In this document: piece by piece, positions 28,570 through 39,000 of the stretch | How positions within the stretch are numbered: the first letter of the stretch is position 1 | Layout of the letters: each line of letters starts with the position of its first letter | Source: a bacterium | Lineage (GTDB): Bacteria; Electryoneota; JAOADG01 | Reading direction: 5' to 3' | NCBI GenBank assembly: GCA_963681965.1 | Contig: OY820579.1 | Location: 1,824,001 to 1,888,000 of the forward strand | DNA: 64,000 nucleotides | The notes under the pieces: model-generated | What the model saw: the letters and a program-made list of their open reading frames with translations, nothing else | What the model was told of the DNA's origin: nothing | Database searches by the model: none | Position numbers and translations under genes: made by a program

Positions 28570-30759
28570 TTAGGACAGAAACAGCATTTCCTGATATTTC
28601 GGTAACGACCATAATTCATCGTCGACAATCACTTCCAACCGATCTGCAATATCGCGTGCAGCAGTCATGGCTGGTCGAACCTCTTCTTGGAACAATCGCG
28701 CGCACTCGCGCAGATTTTCCTTCGACTGGATCGCATTATTGAGTTTCACATCGAGGATATCAAGTGCTGTGAGAAACTCTTCTAGATTGTTCGCGACTTC
28801 GATTAAGAGTGAGGTTTGTTTTGTTGCTCTGAAATCACTCAGTATCGATGTTATGTGTTGAATGGATTTTGCCAGTCTGCTTTGATAAGTAACCACTGCC
28901 GGTACGATCTGAGTCTTTCCCATTTGAACGACTAGTGTAGCTTCGATCTGAAGTGTCTTCACGAAAGCTTCGAGATCGATATGAAATCGGCTTTCCAATT
29001 CCTCTTTCGTTAAAACACGGTGCTTCTCGAATAGTTCTACCGCTTTGTCGGTTATAAACGCCGGAGCTGCTTCGATAGTATTTCGTAAGTTTGGTAATCC
29101 CCTGCGTGCAGCCTCTTCGTGCCAAGCAATTGAGTAACCATCGCCATCGAAAATGATCGCTTGGTGATGGGTGAACAGTTCCCTGACAATTTCCTGAACT
29201 GACTCGAGAAAGTCCCGTCCTTCTGCATTCTTAATCTCAATACTATCGGCGATGAATTGAAACGAATCTGCCACGATCGTATTCAAAGCCATATTGGCGG
29301 TCGCAACCGATTGCGATGATCCCACAGCACGAAATTCGAATTTGTTGCCGGTAAATGCGAAAGGTGAAGTGCGATTGCGATCGCTATCGTGAGCAGGGAG
29401 GGGGGGGAGCATTGCAACCCCGATATCGAGATAGTCTTTTGGAACATTCTTTGACGACTTACCGGTAATGATAGCATGTACAACTTGATTCAGCATTTCA
29501 CCGAGATAGATACTGATGATTGCCGGAGGTGCTTCGTTAGCCCCAAGTCGATGATCGTTTGCTGGCGATGCAATCGCTGCTCGAAGGATATCGGCATGTA
29601 AATGAACGGCTCGCATTACTGCAGCAAGTACTACCAGGAATTGAGCATTGCTCTGCGGAGTGTTACCCGGATCAACCAGATTGTGACCTTCATTATCCTG
29701 AAGCGACCAATTATTATGTTTACCACTACCGTTGATTCGAGCAAATGGTTTTTCGTGTAATAGACATTCGAAACCGTGGCGGTGAGCAACAGTCTTCATC
29801 ACTGACATCGTCACCATATTGTGGTCGGTTGCTAGATTCATTTCCTCATACAACGGGGCAATTTCAAATTGCATCGGCGCGACTTCGTTATGTCGTGTGT
29901 TGACTGGAATACCGAGTTTGTAAAGTTCAAGTTCCAAATCTTGCATATATGCCAGAACGCGCTCTTTGATTGCACCGAAATAATGATCCTCTAATTCCTG
30001 TCCTTTCGGCGGTTTTGCACCGTAAAGTGTTCGACCGACTGCGACCAAATCGGGTCGTTGAACAAAAAAAGTTCGATCGATCAAAAAGTACTCTTGCTCA
30101 CACCCTAAATTAGCGTAAACCCTGTTAGCAGTATTGTTGCCGAATAACCGTAAGATGCGTAATGCTTGATTGTTCAGGGCTGATAACGACCGTAGCAATG
30201 GTGTTTTCTTATCGAGTGAATGACCACCCCATCCAATGAATACTGAGGGGATGCAGAGCGTTTTTCCATTCAAACCTTCCATGATAAATGCCGGACTGGT
30301 CGGATCCCATCCAGTGTAACCACGGGCTTCGAAAGTGGAACGAATTCCTCCCGAAGGAAAGCTTGAGGCATCCGGTTCGCCGCGCATCAGATCTTTGCCG
30401 GAAAATTCGGAAATTACACCGCCACCACCGATTGGGGTCAAGAACGCCTGGTGTTTTTCCGCAGTTGCACCGGTAAGAGGATGGAACCAATGAGAATAGT
30501 GTGAAGCACCATGTGACAACGCCCAGTCTTTCATCGTAGATGCAATGACGTCCGCAGTGGCAGGATCCAGCATTGCCCCTTCTTCGATGATACTTTTCAT
30601 GTGATCGTAAATCGGGCGAGGAAGGATCGAACGCATCGTCGCTAGTGAAAAAACATTAGTACCAAACAATTCATTCGGTATCGAAATGGTATTCATCGGT
30701 CGAACCCATTCCGAATGCTCTTGGTTAATTGATACTCGATGATGTCGTGTAGAACCCAT
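28570..30759 (-). CDS. glnN: Glutamine synthetase type III
   Basis: HWFHPLTGATAEKH, EPDASSFPSGG, EQEYFL, RHNEVAP, NGSGKHNNWS, HRLGANEAPP, DRNRTSPFAFTGNKFEFR. Confidence 0.96.
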   Translation of the reverse strand: MGSTRHHRVSINQEHSEWVRPMNTISIPNELFGTNVFSLATMRSILPRPIYDHMKSIIEEGAMLDPATADVIASTMKDWALSHGASHYSHWFHPLTGATAEKHQAFLTPIGGGGVISEFSGKDLMRGEPDASSFPSGGIRSTFEARGYTGWDPTSPAFIMEGLNGKTLCIPSVFIGWGGHSLDKKTPLLRSLSALNNQALRILRLFGNNTANRVYANLGCEQEYFLIDRTFFVQRPDLVAVGRTLYGAKPPKGQELEDHYFGAIKERVLAYMQDLELELYKLGIPVNTRHNEVAPMQFEIAPLYEEMNLATDHNMVTMSVMKTVAHRHGFECLLHEKPFARINGSGKHNNWSLQDNEGHNLVDPGNTPQSNAQFLVVLAAVMRAVHLHADILRAAIASPANDHRLGANEAPPAIISIYLGEMLNQVVHAIITGKSSKNVPKDYLDIGVAMLPPLPAHDSDRNRTSPFAFTGNKFEFRAVGSSQSVATANMALNTIVADSFQFIADSIEIKNAEGRDFLESVQEIVRELFTHHQAIIFDGDGYSIAWHEEAARRGLPNLRNTIEAAPAFITDKAVELFEKHRVLTKEELESRFHIDLEAFVKTLQIEATLVVQMGKTQIVPAVVTYQSRLAKSIQHITSILSDFRATKQTSLLIEVANNLEEFLTALDILDVKLNNAIQSKENLRECARLFQEEVRPAMTAARDIADRLEVIVDDELWSLPKYQEMLFLS

Positions 30760-30977
30760 GTTTACCTCTATCGATTTAAGTAGATTTTCTAGATAATATG
30801 ATTTCGTGTTCTGTTATAGAGTACGAGAAGAATAATTTGGGTTGTACTTTTAGCTGTAAGTTTGTGAATATTTAGTCAAACTACCCATTTCCAATCCTTA
30901 TCGATTAATATCAGCATTTTCATATTCCCCACATTTCGTGTAAATTGTTGCTAATGATTGATAAGATGGGATTCGAA

Positions 30978-31658
30978 ATGAATGCACTGATTATTTTAGG
31001 TAGTCCTAGTGGTTTGGATTCGGCATCGGCTCGATTGGCATTGAATTTTGCCAACGGGTTAAAAGATGGCGATTATGAAGTGAACGTCGAAGTATTGGCA
31101 GACAAGCCGATAAACCATTGTCGCGGATGTAAAGCCTGCTGGCTTAATTCACCTGAAAAATGTGCTCAATCCGACGAAATGACTAAAATCCTCGGTTTGA
31201 TGCGAACTGCCGATCTGATTGTATTAGCGACACCGTTGTACTATTTCAGTGTGCCCGGTCGGGTTAAAGATTTTATCGATCGTCAACTTCCACTCAATTA
31301 TGGGTCTTTCCTCAAAGCGATCGGGAAGATACCACTCGATACACCTGTCTGGCCTGAACAGAAAAAAATCATATTGATTTCGCCTTGTGGATTTCCCGGT
31401 GAAAACAACTTTGATGCACTGACGTTAATGATGAAAAAGATTTACGGTAGTGCTTTCGTTGAACAATTTCTGGTGCCCTCTGCTGGATCGCTATCAAACG
31501 ATCACGATCAATCAAAACACCAAGAAATTTATCAACTTATGCGGAGTGTTGGGACTGAATTTGCGAAACATGGTGCGATCTCGCCAGCATCTCGAGACCA
31601 ATTTGGTCGAACAATTGCCACATTGAGTGTAAATCGAATGGTAAATCTCCCTGCGTAA
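30978..31658 (+). CDS. Flavodoxin-fold NAD(P)H-dependent FMN reductase / iron-sulfur flavoprotein-like
   Basis: ILGSP, CRGCKACW...C, ADLIVLATPLYY, KDFIDR. Confidence 0.85.
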   Translation: MNALIILGSPSGLDSASARLALNFANGLKDGDYEVNVEVLADKPINHCRGCKACWLNSPEKCAQSDEMTKILGLMRTADLIVLATPLYYFSVPGRVKDFIDRQLPLNYGSFLKAIGKIPLDTPVWPEQKKIILISPCGFPGENNFDALTLMMKKIYGSAFVEQFLVPSAGSLSNDHDQSKHQEIYQLMRSVGTEFAKHGAISPASRDQFGRTIATLSVNRMVNLPA

Positions 31659-31842
31659 TTCGTACTGTATTTCACACTCTAAATATTTACGTATAACCTA
31701 ATTGGAAATCGTGTCGCAATTGCGATAATCACTGAGTGATCTGCGGATCTCCTCACTGAGTAGTCTCGACTCAAGTTTGAGATCACAATTCATTAGCATT
31801 ACCTTTAAGACTATTGATTCCCTATAAAACGAGGAGTTATTG

Positions 31843-33777
31843 ATGGGTTTGAATTTAACTCAAAAGATTGTAAAAGAACATTTAATCGAAGGGGACTGGA
31901 CAAAACCGGGATCTCCTATTGCGATTCGAATCGATCAGACCTTAACACAGGATGCCACCGGAACGATGGCATATTTGCAATTTGAAGCCCTTGATCTTCC
32001 CCGAGTCAAGACTGAAGTTTCGGTCAGTTATGTCGACCACAATATGCTTCAATCCGGCTTTGAAAATGCCGATGACCATCAATTTCTGCAGGATATTGCT
32101 GCCAAGTTCGGACTCTACTTTTCCAAACCCGGCAACGGCATTTGCCATCAAGTACATCTTGAACGTTTCGGACGTCCCGGTGGAACGCTGCTTGGCTCCG
32201 ATAGCCATACTCCCACAAACGGTGGTATCGGAATGATGGCGATGGGTGCCGGTGGTCTTGATGTCGCACTCGCAATGGCGGGAGTACCCTTCCGTTTAAA
32301 TATGCCGAAAGTTGTAAAAGTACATTTAGTTGGTCAACTTCGCCCATTCGTGAGCGCTAAAGACATTATTCTCGAAGTACTTCGTCGATTAACTGTAAAA
32401 GGTGGTGTCGGCAAGGTCGTTGAATATGTGGGCGAAGGGGTCAAGTCGTTAGGGGTTCCGGAACGATCAACGATTACAAATATGGGAGCGGAATTAGGAG
32501 CAACCTGTTCAATTTTCCCATCCGACGATGTTACACTCGATTTCCTACGTCGGCAGAAGCGTGAAAATATGTGGCGCGAACTCCTTCCTGATCCCGATGC
32601 CACGTACGATGAGATGATCGAAATCGATCTGTCCACTCTTGATTGCTTGATTGCCTGCCCGCACATGCCGGACAATGTAAAAACTGTCCGCGAAGTCGCC
32701 GGAAAATTAGCCGATCAAGTAGCCATCGGTAGTTGCACCAATAGTTCTTATCGCGATCTAATGACGGTATCGGAAATGCTGAAGGGCAAGTACGTACACA
32801 ACCGCGTTAGTGCTGCACTGTTCCCGGGTTCGCGTCAACTTCTCAATCAAATCGTTTTGAATGGCGCGATCGGTCCGATTGTTCAATCCGGATTCCGTAT
32901 CATGGAAAGCGCTTGCGGCGCTTGTATCGGAATGGGTTTCGCACCGCCGTCGGGTGGTGTTACCGTTCGAACATTCAACCGCAATTTCGAAGGTCGTACT
33001 GGAACGAAGTTCTCATTTGCTTATCTTGCCAGTCCGGAAGTTGCGACTGCCACTGCGATTGCTGGCGAGATTACCGATCCACGCGATTTGAATTTCGGGA
33101 AAATCCAATTCGCATTTCCGGAAACGTTCTTTATCGACGATAGCAACATCGTTAAGCCGCTTCCGCAAGAAGCTGCCAGTTCGATTACTGTCCGCCGCGG
33201 TCCCAATATTCAACCGCTTCCAGTGAAGGATCAGATGCCGGTGAAACTATCCGGATCGGTTCTACTGAAAGTCGGCGACAATATTACCACCGATCATATT
33301 ATGCCAGCTGGTGCGAAAGTACTTCCGTTGCGATCGAATATTCCCAAGATCGCCGAATACGTATTTGAGATCGTCGATCCGACGTTCCCGAAGCGTGCCA
33401 AAGAAGCCGGCGGTGGTTTTATTGTTGGTGGCAATAACTACGGGCAGGGATCCAGCCGCGAACATGCAGCGTTAGCACCGATGTATTTGGGTGTGAAAGC
33501 TGTGTTGGTGAAAAATTTCGCTCGAATTCATTTAGCGAATTTAATCAATTTCGGCATCCTTCCGTTATTCTTTGCCAACGAAGCCGATTATGATCGTATC
33601 GAACAGGGCGACGCATTGGAAATCGATACCACGAAGCTAGCTCTTGATGCGCCGCTAACCGTCAAGAACGTTACCAAACAAGAAGCGTATGAAGTACGAC
33701 ATCCTTTGAAGGAACAACGGCAGATCGACGTATTGAAAGCCGGCGGGACGCTGAGTTACATCAAATCGCAGAAGTAA
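31843..33777 (+). CDS. Aconitate hydratase (~645-aa Aquifex-type)
   Basis: TQDATGTMA, GNGICHQ, GSDSHT, IGSCTN, CGACIG, RNFEGR, DNITTDHI, NYGQGSSREHA. Confidence 0.93.
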   Translation: MGLNLTQKIVKEHLIEGDWTKPGSPIAIRIDQTLTQDATGTMAYLQFEALDLPRVKTEVSVSYVDHNMLQSGFENADDHQFLQDIAAKFGLYFSKPGNGICHQVHLERFGRPGGTLLGSDSHTPTNGGIGMMAMGAGGLDVALAMAGVPFRLNMPKVVKVHLVGQLRPFVSAKDIILEVLRRLTVKGGVGKVVEYVGEGVKSLGVPERSTITNMGAELGATCSIFPSDDVTLDFLRRQKRENMWRELLPDPDATYDEMIEIDLSTLDCLIACPHMPDNVKTVREVAGKLADQVAIGSCTNSSYRDLMTVSEMLKGKYVHNRVSAALFPGSRQLLNQIVLNGAIGPIVQSGFRIMESACGACIGMGFAPPSGGVTVRTFNRNFEGRTGTKFSFAYLASPEVATATAIAGEITDPRDLNFGKIQFAFPETFFIDDSNIVKPLPQEAASSITVRRGPNIQPLPVKDQMPVKLSGSVLLKVGDNITTDHIMPAGAKVLPLRSNIPKIAEYVFEIVDPTFPKRAKEAGGGFIVGGNNYGQGSSREHAALAPMYLGVKAVLVKNFARIHLANLINFGILPLFFANEADYDRIEQGDALEIDTTKLALDAPLTVKNVTKQEAYEVRHPLKEQRQIDVLKAGGTLSYIKSQK

Positions 33778-33786
33778 AAAATTAGA

Positions 33787-33823
33787 TCGGGATGTAGAGG
33801 TTCAATCTACATCCCGAATTTTC
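33787..33823 (+). terminator. Hairpin/terminator between aconitase and icd
   Basis: TCGGGATGTAGA-7 nt-TCTACATCCCGA then ATTTTC. Confidence 0.7.
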
Positions 33824-33915
33824 ACAACTACGACTTCAGGAAAACGCCTGCGTCCAATTATTCAACTTTTTTACCGGCTCGATTGAGCCAATCGTTTACC
33901 ATTACAGAGGGAAGT

Positions 33916-35166
33916 ATGGCAACCTACGATAAAATCACACCGCCGAAGGGCGAATCAATCAAAGTCGTGGACGGCAACCTCGTCGTTCCTGACAATCCAA
34001 TCATTCCGTTTATCGCTGGCGACGGTACTGGACGCGATATCTGGAAAGCGTCAGTTCGAGTGTTCGATGCGGCTGTGGAAAAAGTATTTGGAAGCAGCAA
34101 GAAAATTTCTTGGTTCAAAGTATATGCCGGAGAAGAAGCTGTCGATTTTTACGGCAAAGATGTTTGGCTGCCGGACGATACACTTCGCGCAATTGAACAG
34201 TATTATGTCGCGATCAAAGGTCCGTTAACTACACCAGTCGGTGGTGGTATTCGATCGTTAAACGTTTCTTTGCGTCAATTATTGAATCTGTATGCCTGTG
34301 TGCGCCCGGTGCGCTGGTTTACCGGTGTTCCATCGCCGGTGAAACGTCCAGACTTACTGAATATCGTTTTGTTCCGTGAAAATACCGAAGATGTCTATTC
34401 CGGAATCGAATGGCAAAAAGGCTCGCCGGAAGTTCAGAAAGTGTGGGAATTTTTGACCCGGGAAATGGGTAAAAAGATTCGTCCCGATTCCGGTATCGGT
34501 ATTAAACCGATCAGCGAGACCGGTTCGAAACAACTCATTCGCAAAGCACTCAAGTATGCAATCGCGAAGAAATTGCCGTCGGTAACTTTGGTTCACAAAG
34601 GCAACATTATGAAGTATACGGAAGGTGCCTTCCGTGATTGGGGTTATGAACTCGCGCGACAAGAATTTGCCAGCAAGGTTATCACTGAAGACGATGTCTG
34701 GGCGAAATACGATGGTAAAACACCGGAAGGTATGGTAATGCTGAAAGACCGTATTGCCGATTCAATCTTCCAGCAGTTGCTGTTGCGTCCCGACGAATAC
34801 AGCGTACTTGCGACTCCAAACCTGAATGGCGATTACTTGTCCGATGCCGCAGCCGCTCAAGTTGGCGGTCTTGGATTGGCGCCGGGTGCGAACATTGGCG
34901 ATTTCCACGGTTTGTTCGAAGCGACTCACGGTACTGCTCCGAAATATGCCGATAAAGATATGATTAATCCCGGCGCTGTCATCCTAGCTGGTGTCATGAT
35001 GTTTGAGCACCTCGGATGGGATCAAGTTGCCAAGAGCATCATCATCGGTATCGAACGAGCCATCGAACAAAAGACCGTTACTTACGATCTAGCACGTCAG
35101 ATGGAAGGTGCCACCAAGGTTGGTACTGCGGCATTTGGCGATGCCATTATTAAGAATTTAGGGTAA
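33916..35166 (+). CDS. icd: Isocitrate dehydrogenase (E. coli-type homodimer)
   Basis: [53 protein letters not shown]. Confidence 0.97.
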   Translation: MATYDKITPPKGESIKVVDGNLVVPDNPIIPFIAGDGTGRDIWKASVRVFDAAVEKVFGSSKKISWFKVYAGEEAVDFYGKDVWLPDDTLRAIEQYYVAIKGPLTTPVGGGIRSLNVSLRQLLNLYACVRPVRWFTGVPSPVKRPDLLNIVLFRENTEDVYSGIEWQKGSPEVQKVWEFLTREMGKKIRPDSGIGIKPISETGSKQLIRKALKYAIAKKLPSVTLVHKGNIMKYTEGAFRDWGYELARQEFASKVITEDDVWAKYDGKTPEGMVMLKDRIADSIFQQLLLRPDEYSVLATPNLNGDYLSDAAAAQVGGLGLAPGANIGDFHGLFEATHGTAPKYADKDMINPGAVILAGVMMFEHLGWDQVAKSIIIGIERAIEQKTVTYDLARQMEGATKVGTAAFGDAIIKNLG

Positions 35167-35207
35167 TTCTTTAATTCCTGGCTTATTAGATCAGTTTTTT
35201 CTGGATT

Positions 35208-35240
35208 CGAAAAGGGCGTAGCGATACGCCCTTTTCGTTA
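35208..35240 (+). terminator. Rho-independent terminator after icd
   Basis: CGAAAAGGGCGTA-GCGA-TACGCCCTTTTCG. Confidence 0.85.
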
Positions 35241-36034
35241 ATAGAATATTTATATTAAACAAACTGATATATATTATAGTTAATAGTATGTGTGAATATT
35301 GTATTTATACTCAATAAATATACTTATTAAACGAAAGAAATGAGATTAAATGCTGTCGACAATTATTGAGCTAAGATTAGGTGCAAGTCCAGAGATGAAT
35401 CGAAAAGTTAATAAGTAGATCAGAAACTTTACGTTGAAGTAATTTTCGAATTGCATCCTCAACAATGATAAACTCTAGGAGAACTCATTCTTCTCTGACT
35501 CGAAACGTAACAATCGTCAGAAAATTGGATCGGATGTTGTCCAATTTTGTGAATCCCAATTGATATCAGGTCGCAAATCTGGATACCTCATCTTTCGAAT
35601 CGATTTGAATCGTTCCCATTGCGCGATTCTCTTGACATTTTCGATAGTTTGGTTTGGTGCAACGAATCATCGAATAAACACCTCTAACTCTCGCCTCTAG
35701 TGTTGCAAGAGCCGTATTTAGACATTATCTTGAACCCACAAGACACCAAGTAGTTCCCGGCTTTTCCGGCACGGTTTACGAAGTTCCAAATCCTCGCTAA
35801 CGATTAATTTAACTTTACTCTAGCGAGTGGTTACTCACCGGAATTTAGATGAGACTTGATATCCGTTTTACGATTGTTGTTTCGATTTATTCCGAAGTAG
35901 ACATCTTACTTCGGTTAGACGATTTGTCCATTCGGTGACCGAACGAAGTTCGCGCATGTTTGTGTGCTTTTAGATCTTTTTTATCAACCGGTTCCTGTGA
36001 CGCAAACCCACGAAATATTGGAGACGGGGTGGCG

Positions 36035-39000
36035 ATGAGAAGTTCAAAAATTATAGTCATTGTTCTGCTATCGTTGCTAGTGAGCGGATTAGCATTTGGT
36101 GCAACTTCGGGTAAAATCACCGGAAAGGTGATGCTTGACGACACCAAAGAAGGCGCGATTTCCGCATCGGTACTGATTCTCGAATTGAAGACCGGTGCGA
36201 AAACTGACTTTGAGGGAAATTACACCATCCTGAACATTCCCCCGGGAACGTATACATTGCGGTTCTCTTATGTCGGGTATGCTTCCGTCAAAGTCAATAA
36301 CGTGATCGTTACTTCGGGTGTCACATTTACTCAAAATGCGACATTGAAACCGGAAGCGCTTCAACGCGAAGAAATCGTCGTTAAAGCCGACCCGCCAAAA
36401 GTACAATTGGACGTGACCGGTGGCGATAAGACAATCCGTAAACAGGATATGGAGCGTACTTCGGCTAACAGTGTGCAGGATATTATCGCGAAAAAAGCCG
36501 GTGTCAAAGTTGATCATGAAGGCGCGCTTCACGTTCGCGGTGGTCGAAGAGGCGAAGTCGCAATGCTGCTCGATGGAATCGATATCCGCGATCCGCTTGT
36601 GGGAAGGATTAACGATAATGTTAACCTCGACGCCGACGCCATCAGCGAAATTAACTTTTTAACAGACGGTTTTTCGCCGGAATATGGTCAAGCCCTTTCT
36701 GGCATTGCCAACGCCAGTTTCCGCGAAGGCGATCCGGAAAAATATACGGCCAAGGCTGAATACACTTCCGATCAATTCAACAAAAAGTCGTCGTTTGGAC
36801 AGGATCGCATCACACTCTTCGTGAGTGGACCAATCCCCGGTACCCGAAAAGCGCTCAAGAACCCAATCACTTTCATGGTTCAAGCAACTTCAAGCCAAAC
36901 GAACACTTATCTATCCTACGGGATTCACCGTGAACCCAACGATTATCTTGGAATCGGAATCAAATTACCAGAAAAACAATATAATAACTACGATCTAACC
37001 TCGAAGTTTGCTTATCAATTTCCACCGGATAAATCGGGTGGCGCGAAAAAGATCACTCTTACTTACACCGGGTCATTTTCGCAGTGGGATCTCTATCCCA
37101 ATGGTGAAGCGAATGTAAGCGGCGATTACGGATATCGCTACAAATTCAATACCGAAAATCGCCCATGGGCAAGAAGTAACCGAAATTCGGTTAACGTTCA
37201 ATTCACGAACAACTTATCATCCAAGACGAATTACACTGTCAGTTTTACCTTCCAGAATTCACGCACATTGGTGCAACCGCGAAACAAAACGCCGGGTGAA
37301 TTTACGCTCCGCTCGCAAGTGGAAGATTACGAAGCCAATGGTCAGGATTTGAACGGTGACGGTTACCCCGATGGATTCGTCGATGCCAATGGCGACGGTA
37401 TTTATTCCGGTGGTGGACACGGATACGACGACGTGAATAAAAATGGCAAGTGGGATCGTGGCGAAGACTGGGTTGACCTAAATAGTAATGGTGTTTACGA
37501 TGCCTCAGAAACATTCACCGACCTCAACAGCAATGGTGTTTGGGATGTTGGTGAACCGTTCGTCGATCTGAATGGTAACGCCCGTTGGGATCCCGCAGAA
37601 CCCCAACTTCCGGAACAGGACTGGAATCACAATGGTCACTGGGATGGTGAACGATTTCAGGATGCCGACAAAGATAAGAAATTTACCGGTTGGAACTGGG
37701 TCGACAAGAACGGCAACGGTAAAATGGACGATGGCGAGCAACTCTGGGGCAACTCAGGTGAACGATTGGACGGCGACGGATACGACGATACGAATAACGA
37801 CGGTAAATGCAATAAGAAGGAACTCTTCGCTACCAGTCAAGATACACCCGAACCGTACATTGATGGCGATTACTTCTACGATACCGGTGAACCATTTATC
37901 GATCAACCCGATCCAGTCACTGGTGAATACAATGGAACTCGGGATGATAATGAATATTGGGTAGACTTACCTTCGACTAATGTTGGCTTCGGGATGATCG
38001 TAGACACATCTTCGCATTCCCTTCGCGAACCGACGCTTAACGGTAAGTACGACGATCCCGATGGTCAACCGGATGAATACGAACTTTTCTGCTACCCCGC
38101 GACGCCTTCACAATTGCGTGCCGACCCGACCCGCCCGGTAATCTATACCGGTCGATGGGATGGCGATGTTGCCAATTGGCCGCGCAAGAACGGACGACTT
38201 TTCCCCTATTATTTTGTCGATCGTTCCAACTCTGGAATTGCAAGCGATACTTTGCGTTCAACTTGGATCAAGCGAACGACAACTAATCTCGATCCAAAAA
38301 TCTTCAATCCACCTACCGGATCATACGTAGCTGGCGATCCGTTCACCGATTACAACAAGAATGGTGTCTGGAATGGTCGCGACTTGTTCTTAAATCCGGG
38401 ACAGTGGGATGAAAGCGCGATTTGGCAAGATCGTAAATCGGTCGAATATTCTTTGAAAACTACGTGGCAGTCGCAAATCAAGCATCACGAGTTAAAGGCT
38501 GGTGTCGAAGCCAAGTACCGCGACTTGCAGATGCAGTCGATTAGCAGCCCCGATATGGCTTACACTGGTGAAGTTCCGCTTCCGGCAGGTAGTCCCTGGC
38601 CGGATCGTGGTAACACCCGTGACTTCTATCATTACAAACCGATCGAAGGCGCATTCTATTTCAACGATAAGATGGAATTTGAAGGATTGATCGTTAACGC
38701 CGGTATTCGTAACGACTTCTTGATTACCGACCCCGAGTTGCGACAACAAACCAAAGACGCAGTATCTGCCGGTGTTCCGGGAGCTATTGTGGCACAACCC
38801 GGGAAAGCGATTTTCAGTCCGCGTCTCGGTATATCGCACCCGATTACTAAGACCTCGAAGTTATTCTTCAATTACGGTCACTTCTATCAGCGACCCGACT
38901 TCACGAATTTCTTCAAGTCGACCACGTCCAATGTGGCGTCGGGTTCGGTTGTCGGTAATCCCAATTTGGATTACACCAAGACCGTTCAATATGCATTGGG

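Noticed and set aside
35238-35350. AT-rich tract as a possible replication origin
   Set aside because: No DnaA boxes (TTATCCACA) seen and no origin-associated genes nearby
35695-35760. 6S RNA-like words (GTTGCAAG..GAGCC..CTTGAACC)
   Set aside because: Far too compressed to form the ~180-nt 6S rod, and lacks typical gene context
35995-36034. c-di-GMP-I riboswitch-like GACGCAAA
   Set aside because: No upstream GGCAAA-stem-GNRA element or second stem with tetraloop receptor
35960-36034. Longer ORF-track N-termini (also at 242, 6492, 7459, 11497, 16519, 39811, 44698, 49900, 52627, 57387)
   Set aside because: Downstream starts have better RBSs, signal peptides or stop/start overlaps, so those were used
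37421-37600. 45-bp periodic repeats as a CRISPR array
   Set aside because: Degenerate, in-frame, protein-coding repeats without unique spacers; no cas genes
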